From a virus (Duplodnaviria > Caudoviricetes), in the IMG/VR virus record IMGVR_UViG_3300027965_000203, positions 1 to 61,843 of that record: a stretch of 61,843 nucleotides of DNA; one strand, 5' to 3'. How positions within the stretch are numbered: the first letter of the stretch is position 1; the number at the start of each line of letters is the position of its first letter. Shown here one piece after another: positions 55,757-61,843 of the stretch. The translations under genes and the position numbers were made by a program. Below the pieces are notes generated by a model. It saw nothing but the letters and a program-made list of their open reading frames with translations, had not been told where the DNA came from and did no database searches.

Positions 55757-55859
55757 CGCGCGCCACCCCGCAACGCTGCGAGCAGCTTATCGGTGGCGCC
55801 GACCGTGATCCTGGGGGTGGCAATCTCGCCGCCGCGATCGCGGCCGTGACCCCCTCCGG

Positions 55860-55939
55860 ACCGTTTCGACTCTGCCCTTGCAAGAGTCGAAATTCCGGGG
55901 CTTATTTCGCCTGTCGGACCGTCCGAGAGTCGAAACGGT
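55860..55939. repeat. Putative integrase arm-type sites
   Basis: ACCGTTTCGACTCT (55860-55873) and AGAGTCGAAACGGT (55926-55939) form a perfect 14-bp inverted repeat; a third copy AGAGTCGAAA at 55883-55892. Confidence 0.65.
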
Positions 55940-55962
55940 ATTTGATTCCGCTCGAAATCGGA

Positions 55963-56011
55963 CGGCCTGTCACGCCGAAGGTCGCGGGTTCGAGCCCCGT
56001 CGCTCCCGCCA
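55963..56011 (+). pseudogene. 3' fragment of tRNA-Asp(GTC) = prophage att core
   Basis: CGGC-CTGTCAC-GCCG anticodon arm, GCGGG-TTCGAGC-CCCGT T arm, CGCTCCCGCCA end; no D arm or 5' acceptor strand upstream. Confidence 0.88.
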
Positions 56012-56050
56012 TTCATCAAGATCCGATTTTCCGATTCCGGAAGGCATTCC

Positions 56051-56380
56051 ATGAAGCGCACCGTTGCCGTGGCCTTCGTTCTCGCGCTCGGACTGGGCTC
56101 CGCGCATGCCGCCGGGCTGCTCACCGAGCAACAGGCTCGCGCCAAAGCGATTGCTCTCCTCAAGGGCGACCCTTATGGCCAGACCGATGCGGCCGTCGCC
56201 AAGAACATGAAGCAGGCGCGGCTCGTGCAGAATGCGGAGAGCCAAGCATGCGGTCGCAAGGCGACGGTGTGGGAATTCCACGTGGTGGCCAAGGGCGACA
56301 ATGGCCCGATCGACGGCTACCTCGCGCTCGATGCGCGCTCCGGCAAGATGGTGTGCGCCAACCTGCCGTTCCTGGACTAG
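56051..56380 (+). CDS. Small exported protein (PepSY-like), host side
   Basis: Signal peptide ending AHA; LTEQQARAKA...WEFHV...YLALDARSGKMV. Confidence 0.7.
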   Translation: MKRTVAVAFVLALGLGSAHAAGLLTEQQARAKAIALLKGDPYGQTDAAVAKNMKQARLVQNAESQACGRKATVWEFHVVAKGDNGPIDGYLALDARSGKMVCANLPFLD

Positions 56381-57150
56381 GACGCGAGAGTCAGAGCCGC
56401 GCGCGATCCGGCGAGCGCTGGTGCGACGTCCCGATTAAGTCCCGTGATCGGGAGCCGCGCCGCGAGCTGCCGACCCACTGAGGGACTCGCGTCTGCCGAG
56501 ATCGAGCCGATCCGAATGAGGAGGGCCACAAGCTCGGCTTGGCGTCGCGTGTCGGTCTTTTCGAACGCGGCTTTGAGCCGCTTGCGGGCGGTCTCGTACG
56601 AGACGTCGCAGGCCCGCGCCGCCGCCTCGATCCGGTCCCCGGCGGCCAGGCGGAGGGCTAGCCGTGCCTCGCCCGCGGACAATCCGAACATGTCGCCGAG
56701 CTGTGCTTCCGTCGGCAACATCCCGCGCGCCGCGTCCAGGAGGACGATTATCGCATGCGCGGGCCGAAATAGTGATCTGGCCCGCGGATCGAGCGGAAGC
56801 GCTCGCAGGATGAGCGGCTGCGAAGCGTCCCGCGCGATCACGACCGGATCGGCCGTCGATGGGCGGCCGCGCCTGAGGGCCTTGCCGATCGCGTCCGTCA
56901 GCGCCCGGCTGGTGCATGGGTCCTCGGCGGCGAGCCGCCGGTTGCGGATCAGGAGCTCCTGGCCGATGCACGTTCCGGCCGCGGGAGTCATCCCAACGAT
57001 TTCGCAGGTGGCGTCCACCAGGATGGCGGCCGTCCCCAGGAGCCCCAGCAGCCCGCACAGCGCGTTCGCGCCGTCGGCGGCCGGGGCGACCGGATGCATG
57101 CCGTACATGTCGGCGCGTCCGCTGATCTGACGCATTATCGGTTGTCCCAT
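56377..57150 (-). CDS. LuxR-type HTH transcriptional regulator with an N-terminal PAS-like region
   Basis: FGLSAGEARLALRLAAG...AARACDVSYETARKRLKAAFEKTDTRRQAELV. Confidence 0.85.
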   Translation of the reverse strand: MGQPIMRQISGRADMYGMHPVAPAADGANALCGLLGLLGTAAILVDATCEIVGMTPAAGTCIGQELLIRNRRLAAEDPCTSRALTDAIGKALRRGRPSTADPVVIARDASQPLILRALPLDPRARSLFRPAHAIIVLLDAARGMLPTEAQLGDMFGLSAGEARLALRLAAGDRIEAAARACDVSYETARKRLKAAFEKTDTRRQAELVALLIRIGSISADASPSVGRQLAARLPITGLNRDVAPALAGSRAALTLAS

Positions 57151-57160
57151 CCCGTCGGGC

Positions 57161-60100
57161 TCACGTGTGGGACGACGCCAACTGCGCCTGGGTGGGCGCG
57201 GGTGGATCGGTCACCAGCGTGCCGCCGTGACCATCGCTCGCGAGGGCGAAGTTCGCCGTGGTGTAGTCGCCGTAGAGGAGGATGTTGGAGGTCGCCGTGC
57301 CAGGGCCGTTGGTTACCGTCAGGGTGCCGCCGGTGCCGGCCGCGTTCTCGGTGAAGTTCACGGTCGTGGTCACGCCATAGACGAGGCCGCCGATGTCGAT
57401 CTGGTCTTGGCCGGTGAAGCCGACCACCGCATTCTGCTGGTTGGGATCGAAGCTGCCGGGGCCGGCGAGCTGCAGCGTCCCGGTCGCACCGCCAAAGGTC
57501 ACCGTAACGCCGGAGGTCTGTACGTATTGGATGCTCGCACCGTCCGCGATCGTGATCGCCTGGCCGCTGCCGAACAGCGTGTCATTGGTGCCTTCGATCG
57601 TGAGACTCGTCGTGGTCGAAGGCGTCTGAACCGGCAGGGTGATCTGGTCGTTGCTGCCGATGATGGTGGCCCCGACCAACTGATCGGTACCGCCATTGAG
57701 TGCCCCGAGCGCGATGTTCTTGTTGGCGACGTAGAGGATCTCGTTCGCGCCGTATACTTGGTCATTGTTGCCGTTCAGCGTCGCGGTGCCTCCGTTCGGC
57801 ATCTGGATGACCGCGTTGTCGCCGTTGACGACGTCGCCGTCGCCCATCAGCACGATCGAATTGGTTGGATCCGTGGCGTTGATCACCTCGTTGTTGCCGT
57901 AGACCGTGGCGCCCTGCTCGTTTTTGAGCGTCACGCCCGAGCCGTCTGGCAAGTCGATGATGTTGGCGAATCCCTCGACCGTGTCGTTGCTACCCGTCAG
58001 CACGAGCCCGTTGACCTGGCCGTTGAACGTCACGTTATTGCCGTTGATCGTGACATTCGATCCGATGGCCCCCCCGATCAGGTTCGCGCCGTCCTGGAGG
58101 TTGATCACATTGTTGCTGGCGCCGAACGTAAAACCGACGATGTCGTTCGACCCGGTCAGGGTCACGTTCAGGTTCGAGCCGAGCAAGATTTCCTGGGCGG
58201 CGCCGTCGACGACGGCATCCGCACCCTGGAGCGATATGATGTCCTGCTGACCGGATACATGGTCGCCGGCGCCGGTGAGCGTCACGAAGGCGTCGCTGAC
58301 GTTGACGGCGAGGCCGTTGCCGTTGACGATGTTGGACGTGCCGTCGACGTTCACGGTGGTGTTGTCTGCCGCATTGACGGTGTCCCAGCTGCCCGCGATC
58401 GTATCGCCGTTGCCGGCCAGCGCGAAGCTCGCGTAGCTGAACACGACATCCTGTCCGTCGCCGTTGATGACGCTCGGAATGATGTTGCCGTTGTTGGTGG
58501 GCGGGTCGTGGTCGGCGCCGTCGTCGGCCACCGGCCCGGTGGTGGCGAGGCCGGAGGTGGCGACACCGTCGTTTGTGATCGCATTGTAGTCGTTGAGAGC
58601 GATCGCCCTGACGCCGATCGAATAGCCCTCGTCGGCTTCCTGGACGATGTAGTACGGCGTTCGGGCGATCGGATTGGTGTAGCCGTCCGCCGAGCTGAAC
58701 CACTCATAGACGATGTCGCTGGCATCCGCTTCAGGCATGCCCGGGTCGCTCGCGGACAGGATCTGACCTTCCGCGAGCGTGCCGCTGATCGTCGGAGTGG
58801 CAACGGTCGGAGGCGCGTCCAGGATGCCGATCGAGTTGCTCGCCGACGATACCGTGGCACCGTCATCGTTGGTGATGGTCGCAACGACCTTGAGCTGACG
58901 GGTCTCGTCGCTCTCCTGCGCCGTATAGCTGTCGCCGAAGCCGATTGGATTGGTGAAGTTGTCGACCGAACTGTACCACGTATAAGTCACCGGGTTGTCG
59001 TTCTGCGCCGCCGTCGCCGAGGCCACCAGCGTTTGGCCCTCCTCACCGAGGCCGCTGATCGTCGGGAAGAGCGCGAACTGCGGCGGCGCATCGGTCACCA
59101 CCGCGGTGGGCGCGCTCGTTTGCGACACCGCCTGGCCTTGCTCGTTCGTGACCGTCGCGACCACTGTGATCGTCGACCCTTCGTCGGTCTCCTGAACCAC
59201 GTATTTGGTGCCGGTGCCGACCTCCGTGCCATGGCTGTACCACGCGTAGGTCACGGGGTTGTCGGGCTGCACTCCGGCCGCGAAGGCAAAGAGCGCCTGG
59301 CCTTCCTGCGCGGTGCCGCTGATGGTCGGGGAAACCAGGAAGGCGGGTGGCGCATCGGCTATTCCGGCAGTCGGCGCGCTCATTGCCGAGACGCTCACGC
59401 CGTTTTGGTTGGTGACCGTGGCTTTGACCTCGATGGTGTGCAGGTCGACGACGTTGATGAGGCCGTCCTGCGAGGTTGCGGTCAGGGCATCGGCGGACTC
59501 CGGGACGACGAGCGTCGGACCGTAGCCGATCGGGTTCGTGTAGTTGTCGGCCGATGAGTACCACGTATAGGTGACGAAATTATCGGGCTGACCGGAGCTG
59601 GCCGACGCCGTGAGGGTCTGGCCTTCCTGAGCGACGCCGCTGATGACCGGGATCGTCACCGTCGGCGCCGCATCCACCACCGTCGCGGTCGGCGCGCTGG
59701 TCGCCGAGGCAGTGACGCCGTTCTCGTTGGTCACGGTCGCCTTCGCCTCGATATTCCAGCCTTCGTCCGCTTCCTGGACCGTGTAGTTCGCACCCGATCC
59801 GATCTGGACCGTGTAGCCACTCTGCGAGGAGTACCAGGTGTAGTTCACCGGATCGTCGAGATCGCCGGTGGTTGCCGATACGGTCAGCATCTGCCCTTCC
59901 TGGGCATTGCCGGTGATGACCGGCGTGTTCACGGTCGGCGCCGCGTCGACGACCTTGGCGGTCGCGCTGCTGAACACCGTGCCGGCGACGGCGCCAGGAT
60001 CGTCCGGGTCGGTCGCCGAGATGGCGACGCGCAGGACGGCATTCTCATCGGCTTCCTGGACCACATAAGTCGCGTTCGTCGCCCCCGCGATGCTGCTCCA

Positions 60101-61843
60101 GGTATTGCCGTTGTCGGTCGATCGCTGCCACTGGTAGGCAAGCGCGAGATCACCGTCATTGGCGCCGACCGAGGCGGTCAGCGTCTGGCCTTCCTGCGCG
60201 GTGCCGCTGATCTGCGCGGCCTTGGCGGCGGTCGAGAACAAGAGGGCGCGCGTGTAGGTCTGGCTGTCGAAGACGTGGCCGGTGGTGGTGAACGTGGTCG
60301 CCCCGGTTTGCGTGCCGTTGTCGATCAGCTCGAACGAGGCGGTGATCGTCGACGTGTTCACCGTGTTGTGGCTGAGGTCGAGCTCGATCTGCGTGTTGCC
60401 GCTCACCTGCTGCGCGGTCAGGACCTGGTTTGCGATCGACTGGAACGCGTTGGTCGATGGGTTGAATTGCAGGAGGACGATATTGTCGCCCCCGGTGTTC
60501 GAGCGCTGCACCATCAGCTCCACGGATTCCGACTGCGCCACGCCCGTCGTGGCATTGGTCAGCCCGATGCCGTAGCCGCCGCCGCCCGGAACCGGCGTCG
60601 TGAGATCGAACGTGCCGCTCACCGTGAAGGTGCCGTTCTCCTTCAGCCCGGAATTGCTCTGCCCCGATCCGGTTCCCTCCGGCTGGGTATTGGTGACGAG
60701 CAGCGCCTGGACCTCCGCTCCGACGCCGCCCGAGACTGCACCACTCGACGACATGATCGCCTTGCCGCCGGATTCCGTCCACGTGCTCGCGTTCGAGCCG
60801 ACGCTGGTCGAGAATACGACCGGGGAGTTGCCGAACACGCCGGCGACGGGCGGCGGACCGCCCGCGAAGGTGTCATCGAAGATCGCGCTGCCCCTGACGA
60901 TCTTGAATTCGTCTGCCGCGTAGCTGAATGGAGTTGAGAGGACGGGCGGGACATCCGCGACCGTGCTCGTCGGCGCGCTCATTGCGCTCATCACCTGTCC
61001 GGTGTCGTCGGTGAATGACGCGACGGCACGGAAGATGCTTCCCTCGTCGCCCTCGCCAAGCTGATAGAACGAGGTGAGTATGTTGTTGCTGAGGCCGCTG
61101 GCCGTCGCCGGCACGTTGGTCCAGGTCGTGCCGCCGTTGCTCGATTTCTGCCATTGATAGGTGATCGGCGCCGCGAGGTCGTCCGTATCGCCCGTGATGG
61201 TCGCGCTCGCGGACAAGACCTGCCCCTGTTGGGTGGCCCCGCTGCCGAGCATCGACAGCGTCACCGACAAGCTCGCATTGTCGGTCACCGCCGACGTCGC
61301 CGTGCTGGTCGAGCTCGCGGTCTTGCCGTCGTCGTTGGTGACGGTGGCGACCACGTCGATGGTGTGGCCCTCGTCGCCCTCTTGCACCACGTAGGTAGCG
61401 CCGGTCGCGCCGGCGATGTTGTGACCGTCCTGCTGCCACTGGTAGGTGATGCCCCAGCCGGCCTCGGTGCCGCTCGCGCTCGCCGTGAGGGTCTGACCCT
61501 CCTGCGCGGTGCCGCTGATCGCAGCGCCGCTCGCAAAGCCGGGCGCCTGGTCGCTGACCGCGGCGGTCGCCGTGCTGGTCGAGCTCGCGGTCTTGCCGTC
61601 GTCGTTGGTGACGGTGGCGACCACGTCGATGGTGTGGCCCTCGTCGCCCTCTTGCACCACGTAGGTGGCGCCGGTCGCGCCGGCGATGTCGTGACCGTCC
61701 TGCTGCCACTGGTAGCTGATGCCCCAGCCGGCCTCGGTGCCGGCCGCGCTCGCCGTGAGGGTCTGGCCCTCCTGCGCGGTGCCGCTGATCGCAGCGCCGC
61801 TCGCAAAGCCGGGCGCCTGGTCGCTGACCGCGGCGGTCGCCGT
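57161..61843 (-). CDS. Large repetitive secreted adhesin/S-layer-like protein (5' end outside the window)
   Basis: Many ISGTAQEGQTLTA...YQW...YVVQE.DEG..I.V.AT Ig-like repeats, a G.ND beta-helix region and a C-terminal GDYTTANFALASDGHGGTLVTDPP motif; frame open to the window edge. Confidence 0.88.
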   Translation of the reverse strand, partial: TATAAVSDQAPGFASGAAISGTAQEGQTLTASAAGTEAGWGISYQWQQDGHDIAGATGATYVVQEGDEGHTIDVVATVTNDDGKTASSTSTATAAVSDQAPGFASGAAISGTAQEGQTLTASASGTEAGWGITYQWQQDGHNIAGATGATYVVQEGDEGHTIDVVATVTNDDGKTASSTSTATSAVTDNASLSVTLSMLGSGATQQGQVLSASATITGDTDDLAAPITYQWQKSSNGGTTWTNVPATASGLSNNILTSFYQLGEGDEGSIFRAVASFTDDTGQVMSAMSAPTSTVADVPPVLSTPFSYAADEFKIVRGSAIFDDTFAGGPPPVAGVFGNSPVVFSTSVGSNASTWTESGGKAIMSSSGAVSGGVGAEVQALLVTNTQPEGTGSGQSNSGLKENGTFTVSGTFDLTTPVPGGGGYGIGLTNATTGVAQSESVELMVQRSNTGGDNIVLLQFNPSTNAFQSIANQVLTAQQVSGNTQIELDLSHNTVNTSTITASFELIDNGTQTGATTFTTTGHVFDSQTYTRALLFSTAAKAAQISGTAQEGQTLTASVGANDGDLALAYQWQRSTDNGNTWSSIAGATNATYVVQEADENAVLRVAISATDPDDPGAVAGTVFSSATAKVVDAAPTVNTPVITGNAQEGQMLTVSATTGDLDDPVNYTWYSSQSGYTVQIGSGANYTVQEADEGWNIEAKATVTNENGVTASATSAPTATVVDAAPTVTIPVISGVAQEGQTLTASASSGQPDNFVTYTWYSSADNYTNPIGYGPTLVVPESADALTATSQDGLINVVDLHTIEVKATVTNQNGVSVSAMSAPTAGIADAPPAFLVSPTISGTAQEGQALFAFAAGVQPDNPVTYAWYSHGTEVGTGTKYVVQETDEGSTITVVATVTNEQGQAVSQTSAPTAVVTDAPPQFALFPTISGLGEEGQTLVASATAAQNDNPVTYTWYSSVDNFTNPIGFGDSYTAQESDETRQLKVVATITNDDGATVSSASNSIGILDAPPTVATPTISGTLAEGQILSASDPGMPEADASDIVYEWFSSADGYTNPIARTPYYIVQEADEGYSIGVRAIALNDYNAITNDGVATSGLATTGPVADDGADHDPPTNNGNIIPSVINGDGQDVVFSYASFALAGNGDTIAGSWDTVNAADNTTVNVDGTSNIVNGNGLAVNVSDAFVTLTGAGDHVSGQQDIISLQGADAVVDGAAQEILLGSNLNVTLTGSNDIVGFTFGASNNVINLQDGANLIGGAIGSNVTINGNNVTFNGQVNGLVLTGSNDTVEGFANIIDLPDGSGVTLKNEQGATVYGNNEVINATDPTNSIVLMGDGDVVNGDNAVIQMPNGGTATLNGNNDQVYGANEILYVANKNIALGALNGGTDQLVGATIIGSNDQITLPVQTPSTTTSLTIEGTNDTLFGSGQAITIADGASIQYVQTSGVTVTFGGATGTLQLAGPGSFDPNQQNAVVGFTGQDQIDIGGLVYGVTTTVNFTENAAGTGGTLTVTNGPGTATSNILLYGDYTTANFALASDGHGGTLVTDPPAPTQAQLASSHT
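61296..61843. repeat. Near-identical 270-bp (90-aa) tandem repeats
   Basis: CGTGCTGGTCGAGCTCGCGG at 61301 and 61571; a third unit begins at 61841. Confidence 0.9.

Larger units (their letters stand above)
1..56011. mobile_element. Temperate prophage with a P22/Sf6-like podovirus morphogenesis module, integrated at tRNA-Asp; left boundary and integrase outside the window
   Basis: Contiguous immunity, replication, terminase-portal-scaffold-coat, tail hub/ejection, tailspike and lysis genes; no tape measure or sheath gene; ends in a 3' tRNA fragment, after which genes look chromosomal. Confidence 0.93.

Noticed and set aside
55935-56011. Intact tRNA-Asp gene
   Set aside because: Sequence upstream of 55963 cannot form a D arm or pair with the 3' acceptor strand; treated as an att remnant
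1-56011. Integrase gene, or a gene transfer agent rather than a prophage
   Set aside because: No recombinase motifs seen in the window. The repressor switch, initiator, att site and podovirus module argue for a prophage whose integrase lies beyond the left edge

Overview
High-GC alphaproteobacterial-type DNA. About 1-56011 is most of a temperate, P22/Sf6-like short-tailed prophage. Its left end and integrase lie outside the window. Its right end is a 49-nt 3' fragment of tRNA-Asp(GTC) with arm-type repeats. Gene order: leftward early and DNA-modification genes (C5 methyltransferase with nine tandem TRD-like repeats, Mom-like GNAT, RecD-like helicase, Sak4-like ATPase); a cI/cro switch with five 19-bp operators; an origin-like region (two perfect DnaA boxes, GTCAC iterons) and initiator; an Acb2-like sponge; SciP-like and DUF6456 regulators; terminase, portal, scaffold, coat, tail hub, ejection proteins, tailspike and tail fibre; an antisense radical SAM gene; lysis genes (GH108, class 3 lipase, membrane proteins, OM beta-barrel); higBA and a LigD-type ligase; then a second leftward block (HerA-like ATPase, SNF2-MTase fusion, DpdA/TGT-like). 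The most unusual feature is that the tailspike, tail fibre and five other late-region proteins begin with Sec-type signal peptides and have even cysteine counts, suggesting periplasmic, disulfide-dependent maturation of virion appendages. About 56050-61843 is host DNA: a small exported protein, a LuxR-type regulator and a large repetitive adhesin-like protein. All family calls come from motif recognition by eye; no searches were run.
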